Shown here: positions 38,821 through 47,900 of the stretch, one piece after another
Layout of the letters: each line of letters opens with the position of its first letter
How positions within the stretch are numbered: the first letter of the stretch is position 1
Assembly (NCBI GenBank): GCA_965212015.1
Contig: OZ243037.1
Coordinates: forward strand, 1,408,001 to 1,472,000
Reading direction: 5' to 3'
Source of the DNA: Cenarchaeum sp.
GTDB taxonomy: Archaea > Thermoproteota > Nitrososphaeria > Nitrososphaerales > Nitrosopumilaceae
DNA length: 64,000 nucleotides
Made by a program: the position numbers and the translations under genes
The notes under the pieces: model-generated
Told to the model about the DNA's origin: nothing
What the model saw: the letters and a program-made list of their open reading frames with translations, nothing else
The model's database searches: none

Positions 38821-38864
38821 ATATGCATAAATTATATATATTTCATGTAACTAAATCTAGAGGG

Positions 38865-39686
38865 TTGGCACAAGACATACGACTGGGACCACAAGAAAAC
38901 AAGTTGTTGTTCAGTCTGGAAATGAAGAAAATGAGCGTCTTTACTTACAGCGATGCAAAAAGCATCCTAGAGGGGACTGATTCTGCGGTGTGGAACGTGA
39001 TCGAAGGGTTGAAAAAAAAGAAGCGACTACAGGAGATAAAAAACGGGATATATCTTTTGGTGCCTGCCAGGGCGGGACCTGAAGGATATTGGTCAGAGGA
39101 TCCATGGCTGATCGTACCTAAATTGATTGATGAATATTATGTTGGGTTTTGGACAGCAATGAGTTTCTGGGACATGACAGAGCAGATACCATACACGGTA
39201 TTTGTCGCAACCACCAAACGGAGGAAAAACCGCATTTTAAAATTCGGAAAGCAGAAATTCCAATTTGTCACAGTATCAAAAAAAAAGTTTTTTGGATACA
39301 TAGAGTACAAAATAAAGGATAATTATTTCAACATATCCTCAAAAGAAAAGACAATCATTGATGGGTTGGCTCATCCGGAATACTGTGGTGGAATGGTGGA
39401 AATGACAAAAGCAATGTGGAATATGAGAAAGGAGCTCGATTGGGATGCAGTGTATGGATTGGCAAAAAAAATAGGGATCAATGTGGTGTTGCGCCGATTG
39501 GGATATCTGTTAAACATTCTGAATATGGAAGAGAATCTGAGTAGAAAAATAAAGGCAGAAATAACCCCATATCCATATAGCTTTCTTGATCCTATCACTG
39601 CAAAAACAAGAATTGCATATTCAAAGGAATATGGGTTAGTAATTAACAGAACCAAAGACGAGATGCTTGATTGGATGGAATCTTAG
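38865..39686 (+). CDS. abiEi: Type IV TA antitoxin, AbiEi family
   Basis: N-terminal wH (LKKKKRLQEIKNGIY), YYVGFWTAMSFWDMTEQIP, SSKEKTIIDGL.HPEYCGG, RRLGYLL; TTG start inferred. Confidence 0.85.
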   Translation: MAQDIRLGPQENKLLFSLEMKKMSVFTYSDAKSILEGTDSAVWNVIEGLKKKKRLQEIKNGIYLLVPARAGPEGYWSEDPWLIVPKLIDEYYVGFWTAMSFWDMTEQIPYTVFVATTKRRKNRILKFGKQKFQFVTVSKKKFFGYIEYKIKDNYFNISSKEKTIIDGLAHPEYCGGMVEMTKAMWNMRKELDWDAVYGLAKKIGINVVLRRLGYLLNILNMEENLSRKIKAEITPYPYSFLDPITAKTRIAYSKEYGLVINRTKDEMLDWMES

Positions 39687-40450
39687 AAATGAATATTGAT
39701 GTAATGAAATCATTAGGAGGAAAATATGGTGTCTTTACAGAAACCATTCAAAAAGATTATGCAGCAACAATTTTATTATTTATAATTTCTGAATTTGATA
39801 AAATATCAGAAATGATATTTAAAGGCGGAACAGCATTAAAAAAGATATATTTTCCAAATGGTAGATTCTCAGAAGATCTTGATTTTACTTGCTCTACTGA
39901 TATTTCCAACGAATTAGAAACCTTGTTAAATGTAAAAATCCAAGAATGTGATATAAATTTTACCAAAATTGAAAAAATCAAAACTGGCAGGACAAGCAAA
40001 AAATTTTCCGTCAAATATTTGAATTATAACAATTATCCTATGTCTGTCAAGATCGATCTCAGTCACAGAGAAAAAGTGTTAAAGACGGTCGAAACTCTTC
40101 CAATACAGCATTTCTATGATTTGAAAAACAACAATTTTTCAATCCCAAGTATGAATATTGAAGAGATATTTGCGGAAAAAATTCGGGCATTAATATATGC
40201 ACAAAAATCACGTCATTTGTATGATATTTGGTATTTATTTCAACATAGAATTCAATTAAACATGGATCTAGTAGATTCTAAATTAGTTTTCTATGATGAG
40301 GATTTTTCCCTAGATAAGATAAAAATTGCGATAAATAAAATGAAAACCGAATGGGATAAAGATCTCGGTTCCTTACTTCCATCGGTTCCGTCAATTGACG
40401 AAATATCTAGGAATGTTATTCATAATATTGATATTGCTACAAAATCATAA
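39671..40450 (+). CDS. abiEii: Type IV TA toxin, AbiEii nucleotidyltransferase
   Basis: QKDY, FKGGTALKK, RFSEDLDF, AEKIRAL, RHLYDIWYL. Confidence 0.9.
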   Translation: MDGILEMNIDVMKSLGGKYGVFTETIQKDYAATILLFIISEFDKISEMIFKGGTALKKIYFPNGRFSEDLDFTCSTDISNELETLLNVKIQECDINFTKIEKIKTGRTSKKFSVKYLNYNNYPMSVKIDLSHREKVLKTVETLPIQHFYDLKNNNFSIPSMNIEEIFAEKIRALIYAQKSRHLYDIWYLFQHRIQLNMDLVDSKLVFYDEDFSLDKIKIAINKMKTEWDKDLGSLLPSVPSIDEISRNVIHNIDIATKS

Positions 40451-40489
40451 AATTAATGCACATTTACACATCATTGCCAAAACCAATAT

Positions 40490-41050
40490 CTAGTCATGGC
40501 GCATAAGTGCAGTAAAATTTGACCTTAAATTATCGACATCTATGGATTTTCTGTCAACCTCAATGGGCTCTAACAAATTTTTATCTGCAGCAACATCACG
40601 TAAAATTCCTGTCTGATCAAGAATTTTGTCGATTGATGCGGTAGAAATATCGCTTGATTCCAGCAAATCAAGTGTTTTGTCAAACTGAGGCAAAAGTGCA
40701 AGCGCATCATCGGCTACAACGGATCTGTCTTTTGTTTTTCCTGCATCTTCAAATCTGGCATACATTTGATCTGCGATCAACTCCATGTTATAGGCAGCCT
40801 GATAGAAGTAAAAACCATCATTATTTGGATTTTCCAACCACCGAGTTTTGATTTTGTTCAGATAATGCTTGAATTCAAGTATGTGGTCTAAAAACCCCAA
40901 ATCTACTTTGCCGGCATCTTTCATCCTGTTTAACTCCAAACCCATTTTTCTAAATATTTGATTTTTCATTGGATACATCACGTGATTTTCTGCATTACGC
41001 TGGTTATTATTAGTTATGAACAATATTCGATATCCCGTCCATTCCGTCAC
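40490..41050 (-). CDS. Hypothetical helical protein
   Basis: 186-aa ORF in AT-rich DNA; start probably internal (MYPMKNQ); no motif recognised. Confidence 0.55.
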   Translation of the reverse strand: MTEWTGYRILFITNNNQRNAENHVMYPMKNQIFRKMGLELNRMKDAGKVDLGFLDHILEFKHYLNKIKTRWLENPNNDGFYFYQAAYNMELIADQMYARFEDAGKTKDRSVVADDALALLPQFDKTLDLLESSDISTASIDKILDQTGILRDVAADKNLLEPIEVDRKSIDVDNLRSNFTALMRHD

Positions 41051-41276
41051 ATTTTATGGATGACCAGAATAGTCCAGAATCGATCAGGCAATCCCGTCCA
41101 AAACCCACAAACCTATGCCAGAATACCTAACATTTAAAAAACGGAATATCACAAACACAACACGGTTCCGTTGGTGTAATGCTAACTATGAGACATCCGC
41201 TCCGGATGAGCTCAGGATCCGCCTTTATTCAACCACAAAAATCTGACCCAATATCGGAAATTCCGGACTCGTACCC

Positions 41277-42572
41277 CTAAACCCATGCGGAAATTTTTCT
41301 TACCACATCATCCGGCTCTTTACCAAAAACAATTATCATCGGCTCTTTTCCAAAATCCCCCTCGTGATACACGGCATCGGGAGGATGCGCCATATTTTTT
41401 ATAACACTTTTAATCCCCCAGGAAACCGACGAGCCCTCCCTTGATTTTACAGATTCCGGCTCGCCCTTTCTGTCATAGCGTGCCACTGTTAGGCCTTTTT
41501 TGCGGATTCTCTGTATAGTGTCCGCACTATACCTTATGTTGACCCCGGATCTAATGCCGGGAAATTTTTTGCTCATCTCTAGTACGGCTGCTGCAACGTG
41601 CCTTGATCCGCCAAATATTATACCGCCTGCAACGATTACCTTTTTTCCGGCCCTGATGATTCTGCCGTCCAGACCGAGTATATCCTTTGTGGATTTCGGG
41701 TTTTTTCTGGCAAATACAAAATTTGTCTGACACTCCGGTATGTGGTTCCATATTTTTTTCTGTGCGGTAAAGTCACTTATCGCCTTTTTCAATTTTAGAG
41801 CATCCCCGCTCTGCATATATTTTGTAATTGCAATCCCGCTACCAAGTGATACCGCGTTTTTGATGGAATTGCGCGCGAATTTTTTTGCAATTATAGCGGA
41901 CTCCATTATACTATTCCCTCCTGCGATTGCACAAGCTAATGCCGCAGAATAGTCGCATCCGCTGCCGTGGTTCGTTATGGCAATCTTTTTGCCTGACATT
42001 ACCCTTTGCTCATTCCCAGAGAAAACATAATCATACACCATTCCGCCTGACTCTAAACCCGTAACGATTACATTTTTTGCACCCAATTCCATCAGTGTAT
42101 TGGCCGCAGGCGCAATACTATTTCCCCCTCTGACCACTCTGCCCGAGAGTATCCCCAGCTCGCGCACATTGGGCGTAATTATACTGGCCATCGGAATTAT
42201 AAATTTTTTAAAGCCGCCCAGCGCATTTTTCTCCAGCAGAATCCCGCCGGTAGTTGATTTTATCACGGGATCGACTATAACGGGAACGCCCAGCCCTGCA
42301 ATTTTCCTGTAAATCGCCCGTATATTCCGCATATTCAGCACCATGCCAATCTTTACCGAATTGACCTCAAAATCAGACAGTATGGAATCAATCTGCGATT
42401 CCAGCATTGCACCCGACACCGATTCCGCCCCGGAAAAACCCGACGTGTTCTGCCCCGTCACTGCCGTAATGGCCGTAAAGGCGTGGCAACCCAGGGCGGA
42501 GGCGGCCATGACGTCGCTTTGTATTCCCGCTCCAGACGACGGATCCGAGCCCCCTATACACAGCACATTCAA
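41277..42572 (-). CDS. thiD: Bifunctional HMP/HMP-P kinase - thiamine-phosphate synthase (ThiD-ThiN fusion)
   Basis: IGGSDPSSGAGIQSD, TPNVRE, HGSGC; ThiN domain IPECQTN, FGGSRHVA, GKEPMI. Confidence 0.92.
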   Translation of the reverse strand: MNVLCIGGSDPSSGAGIQSDVMAASALGCHAFTAITAVTGQNTSGFSGAESVSGAMLESQIDSILSDFEVNSVKIGMVLNMRNIRAIYRKIAGLGVPVIVDPVIKSTTGGILLEKNALGGFKKFIIPMASIITPNVRELGILSGRVVRGGNSIAPAANTLMELGAKNVIVTGLESGGMVYDYVFSGNEQRVMSGKKIAITNHGSGCDYSAALACAIAGGNSIMESAIIAKKFARNSIKNAVSLGSGIAITKYMQSGDALKLKKAISDFTAQKKIWNHIPECQTNFVFARKNPKSTKDILGLDGRIIRAGKKVIVAGGIIFGGSRHVAAAVLEMSKKFPGIRSGVNIRYSADTIQRIRKKGLTVARYDRKGEPESVKSREGSSVSWGIKSVIKNMAHPPDAVYHEGDFGKEPMIIVFGKEPDDVVRKISAWV

Positions 42573-42640
42573 GCGTATATTCCACCATTCCTCATTCTAA
42601 TTATTATTGCGAAATCCGCCATATGCCTGAAAATACCCGA

Positions 42641-42739
42641 TTATGACGTCTCTTGGACGCATTTAAACGAGCAAAACTCGTCCGTACCGCCCTGAAACTC
42701 CCTGCCGCAGTGCCTGCATTCCCTTATCATTCTCACCAT
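42641..42739 (-). CDS. 32-aa TRASH/treble-clef-like zinc microprotein
   Basis: Manual translation MVRMIRECRHCGREFQGGTDEFCSFKCVQETS (CxxC...FCSxxC). Confidence 0.6.
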   Translation of the reverse strand: MVRMIRECRHCGREFQGGTDEFCSFKCVQETS

Positions 42740-42842
42740 CAATCACACCAGTTACGCCAATCTCGCATATAACCCTGATCCGGAATTCTGCGATCAGGCG
42801 CCATCATGACTGTTTAAATTTGGCCTATGCGTTTGATGTGGC

Positions 42843-44174
42843 GTGGCTACGCAGATTAGCTCCGCACGAAGGGGGGTGGCAACCGATCAGATGAGGCAGG
42901 TTGCAAAGGACGAGGACGTTACGCTAGAGTGGCTTTTGCCAAAGATGGCAAAGGGATCCATAATCATCCCCAGCAACAATACGAGGCCGCAAAAAATCCA
43001 CAACGTGGGAATCGGCCGGGGCCTAAAAACCAAGGTAAACGTAAACATTGGCACCTCCACGCTAAACGTCAACCTGGACGAGGAGATAGAAAAGGCAAAG
43101 GTCGCCGTAAAGTACCACGCCGACACCATAATGGATCTCAGCGACGGGGGCGATATCGGGGGGATACGCAGGTCTCTTCTTGAGGCCGCCCCTATAACAT
43201 TTGGAACGGTTCCAATCTATGAGGCATATAATAGGGCAGTAACCGTACACAAGGACCCGCTCAACCTTACCGAAGACGATTTCATAAACGCCTTTGAGAA
43301 CAATATTAAAGACGGCGTAGACTATACCACGATTCACGCCGGAATCACCAAACACATTGCAAAGCGCATCCTCAAGGTGCAGAGGTACGGCGGCGTGGTA
43401 AGCAAGGGCGGCACAATAACTGCCGCATGGATGCTCAGACACGACAAGGAAAACCCGTACCATTCCAATTTTGACTATCTGATAGAGCTTGCAGCAAAGT
43501 ACGACGTTACATTCAGTCTGGGCGACGCACTGCGTCCGGGATCCATTCTTGACTCGCACGACGAGCTGCAGGTACAGGAAATGATCAACGTTGCCCAGCT
43601 CACAAAGAGGGCCAATGAAAAGGACATACAGGTGATGGTCGAGGGCCCCGGCCACGTCCCGCTCAACGAGATTGCCGCAAACGTCAGGCTTGCAAAGTCC
43701 ATGATAGGCGAGGTCCCGTACTATGTACTCGGCCCGCTTGTGACAGATGTCGCATCCGGCCACGATCATATCGCCAGCGCCATAGGGGCGGCAATTTCCG
43801 CAAGCGAGGGAGTCGACCTATTATGCTATCTGACCCCGTCAGAGCATTTGGCGCTGCCTGATGCCTCTGAGGTAAAGGCGGGGCTGATTGCGTACCGTAT
43901 TGCCGCACACGCAGGCGATCTTGTAAAGATCAGGGACAAGGCCATAAAGTGGGATCTCAAAATGACGCAGGCCAGGCGCACGCTTGACTGGGAGGCGCAG
44001 CTTGCGCTGTCAATCGACCCCGAAGAGGCTGCGCGAATCCACAGCAGGACCGGCCAGCATCCGGGAAACAATGTTCCGTGTACAATGTGCGGCGGCGCCT
44101 GCGTGTACATTATGCTGCCACAGCAGAGAAAGTACGAAAAGCAGGACCTAGAGCAGGCCAGCCAGCACCCTTGA
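42843..44174 (+). CDS. thiC: Phosphomethylpyrimidine synthase
   Basis: KVNVNIG, MDLS, SLGDALRPG, EGPGH, LGPLVTD, TPSEHL, CTMCG...C. Confidence 0.97.
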   Translation: MATQISSARRGVATDQMRQVAKDEDVTLEWLLPKMAKGSIIIPSNNTRPQKIHNVGIGRGLKTKVNVNIGTSTLNVNLDEEIEKAKVAVKYHADTIMDLSDGGDIGGIRRSLLEAAPITFGTVPIYEAYNRAVTVHKDPLNLTEDDFINAFENNIKDGVDYTTIHAGITKHIAKRILKVQRYGGVVSKGGTITAAWMLRHDKENPYHSNFDYLIELAAKYDVTFSLGDALRPGSILDSHDELQVQEMINVAQLTKRANEKDIQVMVEGPGHVPLNEIAANVRLAKSMIGEVPYYVLGPLVTDVASGHDHIASAIGAAISASEGVDLLCYLTPSEHLALPDASEVKAGLIAYRIAAHAGDLVKIRDKAIKWDLKMTQARRTLDWEAQLALSIDPEEAARIHSRTGQHPGNNVPCTMCGGACVYIMLPQQRKYEKQDLEQASQHP

Positions 44175-44552
44175 GAGGTTGGGCACCGTATCATAGTCAG
44201 ATATCTGGCTTTTTTCCACCCACGTGTAATCCGAATTCTCCCAGTTCAGCCTTATTCTGGTGCAAGACGTTGAAAACAAAAACGGCCAGATTATCCACTC
44301 GTGGTTTTTGTACTGCGGCGAGCTGGCCCTGGTGGCCTTTGAGGATTTTACGAGGCAAATATCAGAGCTGCCGATTCCCACCTCCTCGTAAATCTCTATC
44401 TTTGCTCTATCTAGGGGCTGCTCGCCTTTTTCTATTATGCCGCTTACTGCCGCCCACAGCCCCTTCATCGACCTTACCTGCTGGCTCCTTTTAAGAAGCA
44501 AAAACTTGCCGTCCCTGGTGATAAAGGACGTCACTATCTCTGTGGAATGCAT
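44148..44552 (-). CDS. NUDIX hydrolase
   Basis: LLLKRS, GLWAAVSGIIE...EIYEEVG, LNWENS. Confidence 0.85.
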   Translation of the reverse strand: MHSTEIVTSFITRDGKFLLLKRSQQVRSMKGLWAAVSGIIEKGEQPLDRAKIEIYEEVGIGSSDICLVKSSKATRASSPQYKNHEWIIWPFLFSTSCTRIRLNWENSDYTWVEKSQISDYDTVPNLSRVLAGLL

Positions 44553-44554
44553 GG

Positions 44555-45412
44555 CTATTTTCTGTCTATAACGTTTACCATCGTTGTGAGCTTTTTGTAG
44601 GAATCCTCCAGGTCTGTATTCTTTGAAAGCCTCTCCTGGCATGCCTTGATATAGTTTATGATCTCCTCTGTCTTTCCCTCCTGGACTGATGTGAGCAGCC
44701 TTCCAATGTCCTTCCAGAATTCCTCGGCATACTTTCTGATCTCGGGGTTTGAGATTATGGTCTCGATTAGCTCTGGTGACTCTGTCAGTATGCTTGCTGC
44801 CAGTATCTTTTGCGCCCTGAACGTGGTTCCGGACATTTTTTCAGTCAGCGTGCTTTTCTCGTCCTTTGAGATTACGCTTGCATAGACCAAATTCACCAGA
44901 TGGGTCAGGCCAAGAATCACCGCTATTTTTTTGTCGTGCTCGCTTGCGTCTATGGTGACAAAATTCGCCCCCTCGAACAAATCCTTGATTACTGCGAGCT
45001 CTTTTTTTGCGTCCTTTACGGGGATTGCAATTATGTTCTGGTTTTTTATCTTTCTTGTGCCGGGTCCGAACATTGGGTGTATGCATATGGGGTTTATCTT
45101 TGGGGGAATCTTTGAGAGGGCCGACATTGTCTTTGACTTTTGCGACGAGATCTCTATCAGATATGTTCCGCGCTTCATCTCTTTTGCGATCAGCCTGATT
45201 ATTTCTGGCGTCCTGCGGGTCGGCGTACAGAGCACCACATAGTCGGCCTGCAGGATTGCACCCACCAGGGATTCGGACTTTATTATCGCCTTGCCTGCGA
45301 GCTTGTTTTCGGAGTCATATCCGGTCACCTTGTAGCCCTTTTCGAGGAAAAACTTTGCAAACCATCTGCCCATCTTGCCGCCTGCCCCTATGATTGTGAT
45401 ATTTTTGCCCAT
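44555..45412 (-). CDS. tyrA: Prephenate/arogenate dehydrogenase
   Basis: IIGAGGKMG, ISSQK, IHPMFGP, EHDKKIAVILGLTH. Confidence 0.9.
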   Translation of the reverse strand: MGKNITIIGAGGKMGRWFAKFFLEKGYKVTGYDSENKLAGKAIIKSESLVGAILQADYVVLCTPTRRTPEIIRLIAKEMKRGTYLIEISSQKSKTMSALSKIPPKINPICIHPMFGPGTRKIKNQNIIAIPVKDAKKELAVIKDLFEGANFVTIDASEHDKKIAVILGLTHLVNLVYASVISKDEKSTLTEKMSGTTFRAQKILAASILTESPELIETIISNPEIRKYAEEFWKDIGRLLTSVQEGKTEEIINYIKACQERLSKNTDLEDSYKKLTTMVNVIDRK

Positions 45413-46773
45413 TATTTGCCCCCTAGCACGTCGCCGAGTATACCCATGCCCTCCATTAGTTTCTTTTCGTCCTGGCATGCAGAAATCCTGATAAAATCCC
45501 TATATTCTCCAAATCCTTCCCCCGATACTACTGCCAACCCGTGCTCTAAAAGACTATTGGCCATCCGGACGCCATCTGGGCACTTTTTTGCCCTTGCAAA
45601 CAGGTACATCGCCCCATCCGGCCTTGCAAATTCCAGGCCGAGGCCCTCTGCCATACTAGAGAGCATTTTGAGCCTTTTTTGAATCGTACCGGAATTCGCC
45701 GAGATATCCGCCCCTAAGGCCTCTATGGCGGAGTACTGGATTGGTTCTGCCACGCTGGTAAGGCACAGTGCCTGCAGCCTCACCATCCTGTCTATAACGT
45801 CCCTTTTTGCTATTGCGTATCCAATCCTGAATCCCGTCATTGCGTGCGACTTTGAGAACGACTGCGTAATTATGCTCTTGTCGTATCCGTACTTTAGGAC
45901 GCTGTTCCAGTCCTTGAAAGAGTATTCGGAGTAAATCTCATCACTCAAAACGTACAGGTCGTTGCGCCGCGCAAGCGACATTATTCCGTCCTGAATGTCA
46001 GCGTTTAGAATCTTTCCGGTGGGATTGTTCGGATAATTCAGCACTATCATGCGGGTGTTTGCATTTATTGCGTCTTTAATCTCGCCAATATCCGGCTCCC
46101 ATTTTCCCTCAAGCGTGGTCCCTATGCTTTGTACCTTTATTCCCGCATTTATCGCACAGTCCTTGTATGCGGGCCACGACGGATCTATTATGATAATCTC
46201 ATCACCAGGATTCAACAAAGTGGTGATTGCAAGAAACACGCAAAACCTTGCGCCGGGACTCACCAGTATGTTATCCTGCTCTATTCCGGGGTGGAACTTT
46301 TCTGATGCGTACTGTGCCAGCGCGTAGCGCAATTGTGGCAGGCCGCCTGCCGGGCCGTACTTTGTGAATCCCTTCTCGCACGCCTCGCCGAGTGCGCGCC
46401 TTGCGTCCGGCGGCGGCATAAAGTCCGGCTCGCCTATCTCCATGTGGATTATTTTTTTTCCCTGCGCCTCTAGCGCCTTTGCCCGGTGAAACATAGAGAG
46501 GTGCGTCTGCTTTGCTGACTGTACCTTGATTGACTCGTTGATTAGAAAATTCAAAAACTTTGTGGCAATGGACTCGTCCAGTCCTATTATACCGCACAGC
46601 TCAACCACACTCCGGCGGAGGCTGTTCTCCCTCTGCCTGTCAGTCACCTGCATGCCGGCGTTTTTTTTAATCTCGCCTATCTGCCTTACCGTGTCGGTCC
46701 TGTCCTTGAGCAGCCTTATCATCTCTAGCGTGGTCGCATCAATCTTGTTGCGCAGGGTCTCTATATCGGACAT
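45412..46773 (-). CDS. Chorismate mutase (AroQ) - class I/II aminotransferase fusion
   Basis: LRNKID...IGEIKK...DRQRE AroQ domain; GEPDF, YPNNPTG, SDEIY, SFSKSHAMTGFRIG. Confidence 0.9.
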   Translation of the reverse strand: MSDIETLRNKIDATTLEMIRLLKDRTDTVRQIGEIKKNAGMQVTDRQRENSLRRSVVELCGIIGLDESIATKFLNFLINESIKVQSAKQTHLSMFHRAKALEAQGKKIIHMEIGEPDFMPPPDARRALGEACEKGFTKYGPAGGLPQLRYALAQYASEKFHPGIEQDNILVSPGARFCVFLAITTLLNPGDEIIIIDPSWPAYKDCAINAGIKVQSIGTTLEGKWEPDIGEIKDAINANTRMIVLNYPNNPTGKILNADIQDGIMSLARRNDLYVLSDEIYSEYSFKDWNSVLKYGYDKSIITQSFSKSHAMTGFRIGYAIAKRDVIDRMVRLQALCLTSVAEPIQYSAIEALGADISANSGTIQKRLKMLSSMAEGLGLEFARPDGAMYLFARAKKCPDGVRMANSLLEHGLAVVSGEGFGEYRDFIRISACQDEKKLMEGMGILGDVLGGK

Positions 46774-46775
46774 GG

Positions 46776-47867
46776 CTATAATACCGGCTTTATGAACCCG
46801 CCCTGCAAGGCGTGATCGGCTATAACAAGTGAGACTAGCGCATCCACCACCGGCGGGGCCCGCGGCACCACGCAGGGGTCGTGCCTTCCCTCGACTAGCA
46901 GCCGCGCAGGCTTTTTGGTGTCAATGTCTACTGTGTCCTGCTCCTGGGCGATTGACGATGCGGGCTTGAATGCGACTCTCATTGTAATGGGCATCCCGTT
47001 TGAGATTCCGCCCAGGATGCCGCCGGCATTGTTGGTCCTTGTGGTTATTTTGCCGCCCTCGACCTGATACAGGTCGTTGTTCTGCGAGCCGAGCTTGGAG
47101 GATCCCTCAAAGCCGGAGCCAAACTCTATCCCCTTTACCGACGGAATCGAGTATACCGCCCTGCTAATGTCTGATTCCAGCGAGCCAAAGACGGGATCGC
47201 CGAGTCCTACCGGCAGGCCGGTCACCACCGACTCTATTATCCCGCCAAGCGAGTCCTTTTCCTTTCTCGCAGAAACAATGGCGTCCCTCATCTTTTCGGC
47301 AGTCTTGGAATCAGGACACCTGACATCGTTTGAATAGATTGATTCCGGCCTTCCCTGTATTCCAGAATTTGCCTTTATCTTTCCAATCTGTACGGTATAG
47401 GAATTGACCTCTATGCCGAGCGTCTCTCTGATCAGCTTTCTTGCTATTGCGCCGCCCATTACGTGGGTTGCGGTAAGCCGTCCCGAAAAGCGGCCGCCGC
47501 CGCGATAGTCGTTGAACTTTTTGTACTTTATCATTGCCGGATAGTCGGCGTGTCCGGGGCGCAGCTTTGTTTGTAGTCCCTCGTACGCCTCTGATCTCTG
47601 ATCCTTGTTCCATATTATCATCGTAATTGGGGCCCCCGTGGTGCGGTTTTTAAAGACGCCCGAGATTATGTCGACTGTATCGTCCTCCTTTCTCTGCGTG
47701 GTTATTCCGGACTGGCCGGGCCTTCTCTGGTTCAGCATTCCCTGTATGTCGTTTTCCTCGAGCTTCATGCCGGCCGGACATCCGTCCAATACGGCGCCGA
47801 CGCATCTTCCGTGACTCTCGCCAAAGCTCGTCAGAACGAGCCTCTTTCCTATTGAGCTACCAGACAA
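46776..47867 (-). CDS. aroC: Chorismate synthase
   Basis: FGESHG, RPGHAD, RGGGRFSGR, GGISNG, GRHDPC. Confidence 0.97.
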   Translation of the reverse strand: MSGSSIGKRLVLTSFGESHGRCVGAVLDGCPAGMKLEENDIQGMLNQRRPGQSGITTQRKEDDTVDIISGVFKNRTTGAPITMIIWNKDQRSEAYEGLQTKLRPGHADYPAMIKYKKFNDYRGGGRFSGRLTATHVMGGAIARKLIRETLGIEVNSYTVQIGKIKANSGIQGRPESIYSNDVRCPDSKTAEKMRDAIVSARKEKDSLGGIIESVVTGLPVGLGDPVFGSLESDISRAVYSIPSVKGIEFGSGFEGSSKLGSQNNDLYQVEGGKITTRTNNAGGILGGISNGMPITMRVAFKPASSIAQEQDTVDIDTKKPARLLVEGRHDPCVVPRAPPVVDALVSLVIADHALQGGFIKPVL

Positions 47868-47900
47868 TAATTACAGCTAGTCACCGGATGCTTATAATTC

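Larger units (their letters stand above)
26800..41250. mobile_element. Accessory defence island (boundaries approximate)
   Basis: Run of R-M, nuclease, TA and IS genes with several visibly AT-rich blocks between the nucleotidyltransferase and thiDN; no integrase or att repeat seen. Confidence 0.75.

Noticed and set aside
26760-41277. Island as a provirus or integrated conjugative element
   Set aside because: No integrase, replication, virion or transfer genes, and no flanking direct repeats found
42625-42800. Possible TPP riboswitch upstream of thiC (CTGAAAATACCC and AACCCTGATCCGGA resemble consensus pieces)
   Set aside because: The pieces are about 130 nt apart, separated by an antisense microprotein ORF, lack the exact CUGAGA and AGGGA elements, and lie upstream of the likely thiC TATA box
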